A DNA stretch of 64,000 nucleotides from Macrostomum lignano (lineage: Eukaryota), in the NCBI GenBank assembly GCA_002269645.1, contig NIVC01003958.1, forward strand, positions 1 to 64,000, given 5' to 3'. Shown here one piece after another: positions 12,833-23,932 of the stretch (its first letter is position 1; the number at the start of each line of letters is the position of its first letter). The translations under genes were made by a program, and so were the position numbers. Under the pieces are notes generated by a model. It saw nothing but the letters and a program-made list of their open reading frames with translations, did no database searches and had not been told where the DNA came from.

Positions 12833-13096
12833 GTTCGAGTGGAGAGGCTCGGAAATCAAGGGGGTTTGAGGGATTTGGGGGCTTCTCAAGAGTGCTCCTC
12901 AAGGCCTGCCAGAAGGCCTTCGACGAAACGCCGAGTGAGTGCCTCTCCTCTCCGGTAGGGTGCCAGAGCGTCAATTTCACAGTGTCAGGAATTGGCTCTC
13001 TTAGTAGTTCTGAGCTCTGAGTCGATCCACGTCCCCTCGCTGAATTAGTTATGCCAGTAAGCGAAGCTAATTCTGACCCCCCTCTCACCGTTCAAG

Positions 13097-13770
13097 GTTT
13101 TTGTCCGCCTCAGCGACCAGCTGATTCCGTCCGAACCGCGCGAGCGCGCCAGCCCTACCTACATCCCTGCCTGGTGGCTCGGCTTCGCCATCGTCGGCCT
13201 GCTGTCGCTGCTGCTCGGCCTGCCGATGCTGCTGTTCCCCTCCCGGCCCGGCTTCAATGCCGAGAAGTACCGGCGCCGGGCGGCGGGCGAGGGCGGCGGC
13301 CTCCTGTGCCGTGTCGCCCTCCGCCTGGGCGGCAAGCGCTCCTCTAGGCGTCGGAAAAGCCAATTGGAGGCAACCGCCGCCGGAGAGGCAAAGCCCAACA
13401 GCCTGCTCGGCTTTGTCGGCTCGCTCAAACGGTTGCTAAGCAACCCGGTGTACGTGTGCCTGCTGTGCGGCAACATGTTCGAGTTCATGGAGATCAACTG
13501 CATCATAGCCTACATGGTGAAGTACCTGAACCTGCACTTTCGCATCGGCAGCGGGGAGGCGGCAGTCCTGGCCGGCATCGCCGGGCCGGGGGCCAACGTG
13601 CTCGGCATCCTCATCAGCAGCTGCGTGGCCGCCTGCGTCAAATGGCGGGTGCCGCAGCTGGCCAAGTTCCACGCCTGCGTCAACTGCTTCGGAGTGCTGG
13701 CGGCCGCGACCGGGTTCCTGTTCGTCTGTCCGCGCGTGGATCTGGTGGGCGGATTTCCGGCTGGTGGCCA
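13097..13770 (+). CDS. SLCO: OATP/SLCO exon 4
   Basis: AWWLGF...LLFP, LKRLLSNPVY, YMVKYL motifs. GTGAGT donor at 13771. Confidence 0.9.
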
Positions 13771-13881
13771 GTGAGTGCCAGACTTTGTGTGCGCAGATAG
13801 CCTATTTGCCTGCCGGCCTAGTGACAAATTGTACTTGGGTGCAGCAGGGCTCCAACAATCCTTTTTTATCAAATTTATCAG

Positions 13882-14041
13882 CGGCGGCAGCTTCATCCCC
13901 GACTGCTCGGCCAGCGGCGGCCCCGGGGCACCTCAGCTGTCGCCCTTCGCGTCCGGCTGCAACTGCAGCGCCGCCGCCTTCAAGCCGATCTGCATCGACG
14001 GGAGGAACTTCTTCAGCCCGTGTGCCGCCAACTGCCACACG
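13882..14041 (+). CDS. SLCO: OATP/SLCO exon 5 (Kazal-like extracellular loop)
   Basis: CNCSAAAFKPICIDGRNFFSPCAANC matches the OATP Kazal pattern. GTAAGC donor. Confidence 0.92.
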
Positions 14042-14275
14042 GTAAGCGGCCTGTTCTGAGTGAATTTTTTGCAGTCAAATGAATCACCTTCTATCTGGCT
14101 GAATATATCTGTAAGATGGTTTGCTTAGTTGATTGCGTGTGCGCACGTTCACTAGCTCTTATGTACATTTGCTCGCTGCACAATGATAATATATAAGTGA
14201 ATGCCTTGGCGCACTGGGCAGCCAAGAGTCGGTCTACGCCTTAAGCCAATTTCTCGTTTTCGCTTGTTCTTACAT

Positions 14276-14290
14276 TGGTGGCAGCGGCGG
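14276..14290 (+). other. Primer-binding site TGGTGGCAGCGG(CGG), tRNA-Leu-like
   Basis: Directly after the 5' LTR and complementary to the ...CCGCUGCCACCA 3' end typical of eukaryotic tRNA-Leu. Confidence 0.75.
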
Positions 14291-14292
14291 CT

Positions 14293-15135
14293 ATGACTGA
14301 AAATGAAGGCAGTGCAGAGAGCCCTACAGTGGCGGTGACTCAGCCCCAAGCTAGTTTTGTCAACATGTTTTTGCGGCCGCCTCAATACCAGCATGGACAA
14401 GACTTTGAACTTTGGCTGGCACGATTCAACAATTTCGCATCATCTCTTCCTGTGGATCAGCGCAAGAATGCTCTGCTGTCATTCCTCGACGACAAATCAT
14501 ATCAAGCGGCCAACAATTTGGATGCTGCCCTGTCCTACGACGACTTTGAGAAGGCTCTGAAAAATCGATTTCGGCCATCAACATCCTCTGCTGAGCTGCA
14601 GGCGCAGTTCTTCAATCTGACTCAAAAGGACGGTCAGTCGGTTGCAGACTATTCCGATGCCCTGATCGTTGCGGCAAAGCGTGCGTTCCCGAGTCTGATG
14701 GAGACGAAAGCAGGTGCCGAGCAGGAGACGTCGGTGACAGCGAAGGACGAGCTTCTCAAAGGTCGGTTTCTATCCGGATTGAGGGACCCAGCTGTGCGAA
14801 TGCAGACGCAGATGCAGCCAAAGGCGACATTCGCTGATACAGTTGAAACAGCGCGATTCGTGGAATCGATACAGTCGCAAGGAGGCACCGCTACGGCTCT
14901 AGCTGCTGAGGTTCCCGAAGCCTTTGCAGTCGGAATTCAACGGTCCCTGAAGGAGCTGTCCAACAAGCTCAGCCGCTGGGAGTCAAAGGACCAGGATCAT
15001 CGTCAGAGCGGCGACAGACGCAGAGTTGTGACATGCTGGAAGTGCGGTAAGCCGGGCCATGTTCAAAGATTTTGCACTCAGAAGTCGGGAAACTTCGATG
15101 GAGCGGCGACCGCCGGGGTGCCGTTCCGCAAGTGA
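14293..15135 (+). CDS. gag: Gag with a C-terminal CCHC zinc knuckle
   Basis: CWKCGKPGHVQRFC; helical capsid-like region with LKGRFLSGLRD. Confidence 0.93.
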   Translation: MTENEGSAESPTVAVTQPQASFVNMFLRPPQYQHGQDFELWLARFNNFASSLPVDQRKNALLSFLDDKSYQAANNLDAALSYDDFEKALKNRFRPSTSSAELQAQFFNLTQKDGQSVADYSDALIVAAKRAFPSLMETKAGAEQETSVTAKDELLKGRFLSGLRDPAVRMQTQMQPKATFADTVETARFVESIQSQGGTATALAAEVPEAFAVGIQRSLKELSNKLSRWESKDQDHRQSGDRRRVVTCWKCGKPGHVQRFCTQKSGNFDGAATAGVPFRK

Positions 15136-18100
15136 GAATCCCGGCGCAACCAGTCGTAGAGGTGTCCTGCTCAGCCACTGGTGCCAACATGCTGGTAAAC
15201 TGTCGCATCCTGCCAATGTGTGTCCCTGCCAGCTGTCTAGTTGACACTGGGTGTTCCCAGTCTTTGATGTCAAGTTCCCTGTTTCGCAAGCTGAATGAGA
15301 GGCTCCTGCCTTTGACCACTCCGGTGCAGTTGAAGCTGGCAGACGGTAACTATTTGGCTGCCTGTGGTTGGCAGGAAGTGCAGCTAAGTTTCGGTGTGGC
15401 AACGGTTCGACAAAGAGTTTTAGTTGTCGACAATCTGGCCAAGGATTTTTTGCTGGGTGCAGATTTCCTGGCAAACTGTGGCTGCGTCATCGACTGCAGT
15501 CGCCAAACGCTCACTGTGTGCGGTCAGCAAGTAAAAATGGAGTCATCGGCAGCAAGTAGCTGTGTATTCGCCGTTGAGGTAGCAGACAGGACAACCGTGC
15601 CCGCTGGTCACGAAATCGTCTTTCCAGCGAGATTGGCAAGTGAGTCAGATGCAGCTGTTGATGGTGAGTGCGGCATTTTTGAGCCTGACAATTCGAAGGA
15701 CATCTCCACGGTCATGTGTGGAGCGCGCAGCCTCTCGGTGTTGCGAGGAGGACTCATCGCCGTTCACTATGTCAATACGGACACCAAGCCGCATACATTT
15801 TACCCCGGAACAAGACTGGGGACTTTTGAGCCGATGTCAGATGGTGCCGATGCAGAGTTGTCAATGCAAGCTGAGACAGTGAAAGGTCAAATCGCCGAGT
15901 ATGTACCAAATGTGCACATTGATGAGAAAAATCTTACAGCCAATCAAGTTCAGTGTGTCAAAGATCTTCTGCATCAGTACCAGGATGTGTTCTCGAAAAG
16001 TCCAAACGACCTGGGCTGCACTTCACTCCTTGACCACAAAATTGACACCGGGTCGGCGAAACCTATCAGAGTGCCTCCTCGTAGATTGTCGCCGCCGAAT
16101 CAGCGAGCTGTGTCAGAGATGGTCGAGCAGATGGTGAGAGACGACATCGTAGAGCCTTCGAATTCTCCGTGGTCGAGCCCGGTCATTCTGGTGAAGAAGA
16201 AGGACGGCAGTTTGCGCTTCGTGAACGACTTCAGACTGCTCAACTCCGTGACCGTCAAAGACAGTCATCCACTGCCTCACACCAGCGATCTGATCGATGC
16301 TCTCGCAGGATCCACAATGTTCTCAACGCTCGACTTCACTAGCGGGTACACCCAGGTGATGCTGGACTCAGAGAGTCGCGCAAAAACAGCATTTCCTGCG
16401 CCACAAGGATTATTCCAGTACAAGAGACTACCGCAAGGTGTGTGCAATGGTCCTGCCACGTTTTCAAGGCTGATGGAACTCGTTCTGAAGGGCCTCCGAT
16501 GGGAAGTGTGCCTGTCATTTCTTGACGACGTTGTCATCTTTTCGAAAGGATTCGAGGAGCATCTGCGGCGTCTTGAGCTTGTGTTGCAGAAATTCAGAAC
16601 CGCTAACCTGAAGTTGAAGCCGACCAAGTGCCACTTGTGCTATCAGGAGATCTCATTTCTTGGCTTTCGAATCTCAAAAGATGGCGTGACCACTGACCCG
16701 GACAAGGTGAAAGCAGTGCAGGAGTGGCCAACGCCCGAAGATCGTTCAGAAGTGCGACAATTCCTGGGGTTATGTGGCTACTATCGTCATTTCGTTAAAA
16801 ACTACAGTGAGATTGCTGAACCGCTGTACAAGCTAACGCAAAAGGACGTGACCTTCAGCTGGACTCTCGAATGCTCAGCAGCATTTAATCGCCTAAAGCA
16901 GTGCCTTACTTCCAGCCCAGTCCTCATCATGCCGACATTCGCAGAAGACGCTGAGTTCGTGCTAGATACCGATGCCTCTGGCGTGGCCATCTCCGGAGTT
17001 CTTCAAGAGCGCCGTGGTGGCAGGACGCAGGTGGTGGCGTACGGCAGTCGCATTCTGTCCAAAGCAGAGAGAAATTACTGCACAACGAGGCGTGAGCTGC
17101 TGGCAATTGTGCACTTCGTCGGTCACTATCGCAGCTACTTGTTAGGAAAAAGATTCACACTACGTACTGATCACGCCTCGCTGATCCATCTTCTGCGCTT
17201 TCGAGATCCCGATGGTCAGCTGGCACGGTGGCTGGATAAGCTAAGCGAATTCGACTACCAGACGGAGTATCGCAAGGGCGAGAAACATGGAAATGCAGAC
17301 GCACTTAGTCGGCGACCGTGTCGAAAAGGACCTTGCCTGTGCAGTGGCTCTGCGCTCGCTGTCGAGTTCAATGACGACAGCGCGATTCGACGAGCACAGG
17401 CAGAGGATCAGTGCATGCAGAAGCTGGCGAACTGCTTGCGAGATGGGCAACCACCGGATAAGGCAGAGACGGACGGCTGGAGCAATCGGCAGCGGCAACT
17501 GCTGTCCGAGTTTAAGCGGCTGACACTGGTGAACGGACTGCTGTGCCGCCGATGGGAATCCGAAGATGGCAGCGCCTTTTGTCAGCAGCTGCTGGTGCCA
17601 GAGAGTCTACAGCGCGATGTTTTTGTCGAAGCTCATGCTGGAACGAGCGGCAGCCACTGCGGACCGCAGAAGACCATTGAAAAGATCAGGGCGCGACTCT
17701 ACTGGCCTGGAATGACAGCAGATGTGACTGACTGGTGTGCTGCGTGCCTCGAATGCGCGACACTGAAAGATTCTGGCCAGCACAGGCGGGCACCTCTACA
17801 GAGCATGGCGGTCGGCAGCGTTGGCCAGCGACTGGAAATGGACTTCATGGTGGGCCTGCCGAGGACCGATCGTGGAAATTCAGTCATCCTGGTAGTCATC
17901 GACACCTTCAGCAAGTGGACTGAGGCCTTTCCACTGCCGTCTCAAGACGCTGAGACCACAGCCCGGACGTTTGTCAACGAGTGGGTGGCTCGCTTTGGAG
18001 TCCCGCAGTCGGTGCACACCGACCAGGGTCGAAACTGGGAGTCACAGCTGTTTCAAGAGACGATGCGGCTGCTGAAAATCGACAAGACTCGGACGACAGG

Positions 18101-19034
18101 CTACCACCCTGAAGGAGACGGCGGTTGCGAACGGATGAACCGGACACTGGTGCAGCTGCTGCGAGCATGGGTGAACGAGAATCAGCGAGACTGGGATCTT
18201 CATCTGCAGATTGCACTGATGGGCTACCGCACTTCAGTCCACAAGTCGACTGGTCAGACACCTTCGGCGATGCATTTCGGCCGGGAACTGCGACTACCAC
18301 TGGACTTGGCATACGGAGGTCTGGCGCCGGATAGGCAACGTCCTTGTGAATGGGTGGCCGAGCTGCGGAGCCGGCTGCAGACATCGCACGAAAGGGCGCG
18401 ACAAAACTTGGAGGCAGCGCAACTGCACCAGAAGGCAGCGTACGACAGGAGGTGCCACGGCGAGGCATTCAGCGAGGACGATCTGGTCTGGCTGCACAAT
18501 CCGGCGCTGAAGCGAGGCGAGAGCCGAAAATTTCATCGATGGTGGACTGGGCCATGGCGCGTTAAAAAGCAGATCTCAGACGTCACCTACCGCATTCAGC
18601 ACGAGGCCAATGCACGACGGCGAAGGGTGGTGCATTTCAATCGCATGAAGCCATGCAACACGGCCAGTCCAGCTGCAGCACCTCAATTGCAACCAGCGGC
18701 GCAACTGCACAATCCTGACGAGGACGACCTGAGATTTGACGGCGTCCCAGCCGGCGCCCCAGCCGGCGCCCCAGCCGGCGTCCCAGCCGGCGCCCCAGCC
18801 GGCGTCCCAGTCGGCGCCCCAGCCGGCGTCCCAGTCGGCGCCCCAGCCGGCGCCCGCGGCGCCCCAGCCGGCGCCCCAGTCGGCGCTCCGGTCGGCGCCC
18901 CAGCCGGCACCCCAATCGGCGCCCCGGTCGGCGCCCCTGCTGATGTTCCAGAGCATCCAGAACAGCCTGTATTGCGCCGAAGTGAGAGGGCCCGTGCCCC
19001 GCCAGAATTTTTTGGTGAAGTGTATACTCATTGA
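15072..19034 (+). CDS. pol: Pol (protease-RT-RNase H-integrase), in the -1 frame relative to gag
   Basis: LVDTG protease; LPQG...FLDD RT; DTDASG...ELLAIV...ADALSR RNase H; HHCC and D..D..E integrase; GPW motif. No internal stops. Confidence 0.96.
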   Translation: MHSEVGKLRWSGDRRGAVPQVRIPAQPVVEVSCSATGANMLVNCRILPMCVPASCLVDTGCSQSLMSSSLFRKLNERLLPLTTPVQLKLADGNYLAACGWQEVQLSFGVATVRQRVLVVDNLAKDFLLGADFLANCGCVIDCSRQTLTVCGQQVKMESSAASSCVFAVEVADRTTVPAGHEIVFPARLASESDAAVDGECGIFEPDNSKDISTVMCGARSLSVLRGGLIAVHYVNTDTKPHTFYPGTRLGTFEPMSDGADAELSMQAETVKGQIAEYVPNVHIDEKNLTANQVQCVKDLLHQYQDVFSKSPNDLGCTSLLDHKIDTGSAKPIRVPPRRLSPPNQRAVSEMVEQMVRDDIVEPSNSPWSSPVILVKKKDGSLRFVNDFRLLNSVTVKDSHPLPHTSDLIDALAGSTMFSTLDFTSGYTQVMLDSESRAKTAFPAPQGLFQYKRLPQGVCNGPATFSRLMELVLKGLRWEVCLSFLDDVVIFSKGFEEHLRRLELVLQKFRTANLKLKPTKCHLCYQEISFLGFRISKDGVTTDPDKVKAVQEWPTPEDRSEVRQFLGLCGYYRHFVKNYSEIAEPLYKLTQKDVTFSWTLECSAAFNRLKQCLTSSPVLIMPTFAEDAEFVLDTDASGVAISGVLQERRGGRTQVVAYGSRILSKAERNYCTTRRELLAIVHFVGHYRSYLLGKRFTLRTDHASLIHLLRFRDPDGQLARWLDKLSEFDYQTEYRKGEKHGNADALSRRPCRKGPCLCSGSALAVEFNDDSAIRRAQAEDQCMQKLANCLRDGQPPDKAETDGWSNRQRQLLSEFKRLTLVNGLLCRRWESEDGSAFCQQLLVPESLQRDVFVEAHAGTSGSHCGPQKTIEKIRARLYWPGMTADVTDWCAACLECATLKDSGQHRRAPLQSMAVGSVGQRLEMDFMVGLPRTDRGNSVILVVIDTFSKWTEAFPLPSQDAETTARTFVNEWVARFGVPQSVHTDQGRNWESQLFQETMRLLKIDKTRTTGYHPEGDGGCERMNRTLVQLLRAWVNENQRDWDLHLQIALMGYRTSVHKSTGQTPSAMHFGRELRLPLDLAYGGLAPDRQRPCEWVAELRSRLQTSHERARQNLEAAQLHQKAAYDRRCHGEAFSEDDLVWLHNPALKRGESRKFHRWWTGPWRVKKQISDVTYRIQHEANARRRRVVHFNRMKPCNTASPAAAPQLQPAAQLHNPDEDDLRFDGVPAGAPAGAPAGVPAGAPAGVPVGAPAGVPVGAPAGARGAPAGAPVGAPVGAPAGTPIGAPVGAPADVPEHPEQPVLRRSERARAPPEFFGEVYTH

Positions 19035-19217
19035 ATGCAGATTTTCTTAGATATTTTTTTTTGAAACACTGACATTGCTTAAGTTCATTTTAATTTCCAC
19101 TTTTATTTCCCTCAAATATTTTTTCGTTCAAATATTCGATCAGAATTCGTCGAACTCATACTCGTAACTTTTTTTAACACAACAAAAAATGCAGAAAGTG
19201 AGTGGAACACTTTTTTT

Positions 19218-19230
19218 GAAAGAAGGAGAG
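19218..19230 (+). other. Polypurine tract
   Basis: GAAAGAAGGAGAG, ending 3 nt upstream of the 3' LTR. Confidence 0.85.
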
Positions 19231-19418
19231 CATTGTAAGATGGTTTGCTTAGTTGATTGCGTGTGCGCACGTTCACTAGCTCTTATGTACATTTGCTCGC
19301 TGCACAATGATAATATATAAGTGAATGCCTTGGCGCACTGGGCAGCCAAGAGTCGGTCTACGCCTTAAGCCAATTTCTCGTTTTCGCTTGTTCTTACATA
19401 TCGATACATCTCGCACAG

Positions 19419-19701
19419 AGGGGCGGCAACGTGTCCTGTGAGTGCATGTACAACAGCACCGCCGGCCTGAGCACCGGCGTGGTGGCCAGCTTCCCTCTGG
19501 CGCAGCTGCGAATGCGCACCAACCTGCTCTGCTCTGACGAATGCAGCTCCAATGTGTACACTTTCGTGGCGCTGTTCACCCTCCTCAAGCTGGTGCGCCT
19601 CAGCGCCCGCTCCCAGGAGGCGGTGTTGCAGCTGCGCTGCGTGCGGCCGCGAGACAAGGCGCTGGGCCTTGGTGTGACGTCATTCATGTTCAGCCTTGGA
19701 G
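19419..19701 (+). CDS. SLCO: OATP/SLCO exon 6
   Basis: VSCEC...LRCVRPRDKALGLG OATP motif. Phase 0 matches exon 5 across the retrotransposon. Confidence 0.9.
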
Positions 19702-19816
19702 GTCAGAAAATATTATAGAAAATCCCTTAATGAATGAAGCTATCGTGTTGCTTCTACAGAAAGCAGCTGTCATCGCGGGTATCTCGCCGAAACTCGCACT
19801 TAATCTCCCTCAACAG

Positions 19817-20142
19817 GCATCTGGGTGCCGCCATTTGTGGGCCACCTTTTCGACCGAGCCTGCCTGTTCTACGACCCGAGGCCGAGCTACAAGCGGACCT
19901 GCCTGTTCTTCGACACCCAGCGCTTCCGCTACTCCTTTGTGGGCTTCACCACCGCCGCCCTGGTGCCAGCGTGCGCCTTCTTCTTCTTGGCCTGGTACTT
20001 CACCGTCCGCCATCCGAGGTTCGCCGACATGTCCAGCTCGCGCCGCTGCACCCTGGAGATGCAGCAGCCCGCTGCTCTGGAGAGGCGCGGCGGCAATGAT
20101 GCGGATGATTCTCCTGACAGGAAGGAGGCGCAGCATCTCTGA
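19817..20142 (+). CDS. SLCO: OATP/SLCO terminal exon
   Basis: PPFVGHLFDRACLFY...CLFFD..RFRY matches the OATP C-terminal pattern. The seven exons sum to 2277 nt (758 aa plus stop). Confidence 0.9.
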
Positions 20143-20440
20143 CGTTGAGTTTCTTGGACTGCCTAAGCAATACAGGAACTCGCTGCTCGATAAACTTTGT
20201 GAACCATTGAGTAACGGCTAACGAAACTGAATGCCCGCAACTGCGCCTAATAATTCGGACTCATGCGTACTCAAAGCAACCCAACCCTTCATCAGCGAAT
20301 CGGTTTGCAAGCATGCGTAGCTCTGTCGAGTACACAATGCTTTGGCTGCTTTTGGTCCCTCCCAATGTGCTCCTTCATCCATCGGTACAAATTCTACTGC
20401 ACAGTTCATTTTTGAAGTCATGGCCTTTTCTAGCTAGTAG

Positions 20441-20697
20441 TTAATGTACAGTTTGCTTGTGGAACTCACACCGTTTCCCAGTCTAGTTCAACAAAACTGA
20501 TATGCAGTTCTGTTGAATTGCACAGTTTAATGTACAGTTTGCTTGTGGAACTCACACCGTCTCCCAGTCTAGTTCAACAAAGCTGATATGCAGTTCTGTT
20601 GAATTGCACAGTTTAATGTACAGTTGGCTTGGGGAACTCACACCGTTTCCCAGTCTAGTTCAACAAAACTGATATGCAGTTCTGTTGAATTGCACAT
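20441..20697. repeat. 86-bp tandem repeat, 3 copies
   Basis: TTAATGTACAGTT(T/G)GCTTG...GAATTGCACA starts at 20441, 20527 and 20613. Confidence 0.9.
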
Positions 20698-21091
20698 GGT
20701 AGATTGCCGCTAGCTAAATTGTACAGCCGGTGTTTGAATTCCAAGCTGCCTTGTCGAAATACGAGTGGCGCTCTAAAAATGTAATGACAAAATTGCAAAT
20801 GGAGATGTCTGACTTGCATATCAGTTTTGTTGCAATAGACTGGGAAACGGTGCATTTAGTCTCTCGGATCGTATCGAAGCTCTTGTAGGAGAATCTGAAT
20901 GCACTCAGATAACTAAAGCTGCGAATAGCAAAAACTGAAATGGTCATTCTGTAATCACGTGCAGACTGCTGATGGAGCAAAGCTGCGGCTCTCTGATAAT
21001 GATAATAAATGTAAGGAATGCATCAATGTATTTAAACCCTTCTGGTATCTCAGCACATAAGGCCGATCAGAGTGTGTGAGAATATTTTGCC

Positions 21092-22608
21092 ATGGCCTGC
21101 AAGACGGTGGCAGTCAACCTGCTGCTGCTTGTCTGCATGAAGCTCATTGTTCAGCTTGCCAACATCGAGTATTCGGGCTTCGATAAAGACGAATTTGCCT
21201 TGATCAATGACACTTGCACATTGCTGAACTCGACGCAACCAAACAAAGGTAGTTTTATTGGCCTTCTAACCAAAGGCCACGTGTTGAGATGCAGCCTATC
21301 GATTGTTGGCGGCCTGCTCGGCCGTGCCCTGGAGTACCGCAGCATCCTGTTCTTCGGGGAGCGATAATGTCCGTTGGAGTCTGTCTGATTACTCTTGTCA
21401 CGCAGTTCGGCCTGGTTTGCACGCCGGCGCTGTACTATCTGGCCTGGATCCCGTATCCTCTGTACAATGGCCTGCTTCTTCCCACCATGTTCTACAGTCT
21501 GATTAGCTGGAGCTCCGGGCCTAAGAGCCGCATGCTGCTGGCGGTGCTGTACTACTTGGTGACTGAACTTCCTCCCATTCTGGAATCCAGCTCAGCATCC
21601 TTGTCAGGCATTCAGCTCTACGCCTACCGGCAGCATAGTGCAGTCGTGTCGGCAACGGGGGTTTCCCTGTGCCTGCTGTTCATGGCTCTGTCATTGGGGC
21701 TGGCAGCCGAGCCAAGCCGGCGCCAGTTTGAACAGCTGACAGTCAGGCGCCTGATGCGGTACGCGCGCATCTTCGCAGCTTTTATAGTATTCGTAGCCCA
21801 GATGAACGACGGTCACGTATCGAATTACCGCATAGAAATCCGGCACTTGGCCCCTATTTTCAATCGCACTGAAGCCAAGCCCAGCTGGGAGCAGTGGGCG
21901 TGGGATGTCAACTTCACTCGGCACGCCAACACTGCCGGAATTCTCGCCGCCGCTTGCGCTCTGGTAGCCATGGCAGCCTCGCCCCACATTCGCTTCATGT
22001 CCCACAAGATGAGACTAAAGTTGGGCGTTGCCTTAGCGGCTGCAGCTTCATTAGGCTGTCTTGCAGCCTACCTGGTACTCGGCTGCAGTGCCGGATCGTG
22101 GGGTCCGGTAGCCGCATTCAGCGTTTTTGGTAACGCCGCGTTTTTCGATGGCGTCTCTGAGATGCTCAGCATTGTGGCCCTGTACGAACTGGCGGACGCG
22201 ATCTCCTTTAGTCAGAACAAGCTGCTGCTGTTCGGCATCAGCTTCACCGCCAGCGCTCTGTCCGGTTTATTCAGGTACTGTGTTGGCCTCGCCGTCCATC
22301 GAATCGCTAGCGGTGGCGCGACTGGCGAAGGCACCGTGCTGCAGGTCGCGCGTCTCGATCACGTCATCGACTTCGGCCTGTCGATCTCCTGTCTGGCCTA
22401 CGCGCACTGGCTGGCGTTTCCGCTGGCTTCCACCCTGGAGCAGCCGGACCCGTGGGGACTCGCTGACCAGCAGGAGCCGCTGATTCCATCGGGCCAGGGT
22501 GAACTGTCGGGCTCCGTTCAGCAAAAGGAAGTAACGCCTGGCTCGTTCCAAGAGCCGAGCAGTGACGAACCAATTGACAGCGACAATCTGCATCGCTCTA
22601 GCCGCTGA
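21092..22608 (+). CDS. Intronless divergent SLC15/POT-like 12-TM transporter, paralog 1; one G apparently missing at 21356-21359
   Basis: ORFs 21092..21367 and 21289..22608 join into about 505 aa collinear with paralog 2. GGLL..LEYRSIL resembles the POT TM2-3 motif and GVSEMLSIVALYEL resembles SLC15 GISEIFASIAGLEF. Confidence 0.75.
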
Positions 22609-23397
22609 CATGATGGAAGACGGAAAAGTATGATTTTCTATGGAACCACTTCAACTTTGTGCAAGTTTCGGCACGTTCACAGCTGTTTAGCTGCGATTTC
22701 TGAAATACACTGTTTTCGTTGTCCTGAGGACTTATACGATGTGTTCTAATGGTGAGGCTAAGGGGTGAAAGTCCATGTTGTTCGCTTTGACTTCCACTGA
22801 AGCAGAAAGCGCCAATTGTTTGCACGAGACTGAAAAACTTCATTCAATTTTTTTACACACGGCGATTTCAGAACCACGGACTACTACTACTATGCATATG
22901 TTTAAGTCTTTGGGTTCTATCAGAAAATTCCTTAGTTTTCAACATTGCTTGTCAAAAATTATGAGCTGCTTTGAAAGCTTATTATATTTTTAGGGCATTT
23001 TGTAAACACAAACGTGCTGACTAGCAGAGACAGGCGTTTCGGTGACTTTCAATTGGGTAGACTTCATCGAAAATCCATATTTATTTGACTCGAAATGTAG
23101 TTTATAACGAGGGCAACAATTATTCAATAATTGCAAAAGTAGTATTTGGAGTTGATCAAGTTTAGTCACATCACGAAAGCACTCCATTCTCAGTCACGTT
23201 AATTAAAATAGCCAGTTAACTTCATAGTCTAAATTTAGGAGGTATGCGCTTATCTTTTCTTGTACTATGATTTATCACGTTGCATTAGTCATCAGTTCAA
23301 CGACGACTACTGTAAATCCATCTGAGGTCTACTTGTATCTGGAGCGTTTATCGATGTGACGAGTTATTTCTCAGATTCTTTGTTAATAAAAATATGC

Positions 23398-23468
23398 TGC
23401 TGACTGAGTGACTGACTGAGTGACTGACTGACTGACTGACTGACTGACTGACTGACTGACTGACTGAC
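23398..23468. repeat. (GACT)n microsatellite
   Basis: Direct reading. Confidence 0.95.
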
Positions 23469-23932
23469 TAGTTGTCCTTTTTCAGTGCATGTACGCAAGG
23501 CCAGCCAGTATCGTCATTTTAGGTTTATTTGGCTAGGGCCAAGAAAGTGTTCAGACTGTGCGACACAAGTCAGATGTTTGTCGCTGCATGCCTGAAATGT
23601 TTGAAAAGATTTATGCTAAGGAAGGCATTCACAGAGATTCTTGCACATTAACTGTATTTTAAGCAAATGTACAGTGGCCAGTGAAGACAAGCGCGTGCGT
23701 CTTTCGCAGTTGAACATTTCCTTTTTGAGAAGCACACCTTACCATCTTTCGCAGCTGTCCATGGTAAACATGGAACGCTTGATGGCTTGCTTTCGTGCTG
23801 AGAGCCTCTGGGGTTGCGCGTTCTAACTGTACAAAAACCGAAATCTGCTGCATGGCACAGGTAATGTAACATAAAACATTACGGAATTTCAGATAGAAAT
23901 GCGAACAAATATCGAATCTTGCATTGTCAAAT

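Larger units (their letters stand above)
14110..19398 (+). mobile_element. Full-length, very young Ty3/gypsy LTR retrotransposon in OATP intron 5
   Basis: LTRs at 14110-14274 and 19234-19398 (TG...CA, 165 bp, no differences by eye), TATC TSD at 14106-14109 and 19399-19402, PBS, PPT, intact gag and pol. Confidence 0.97.
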
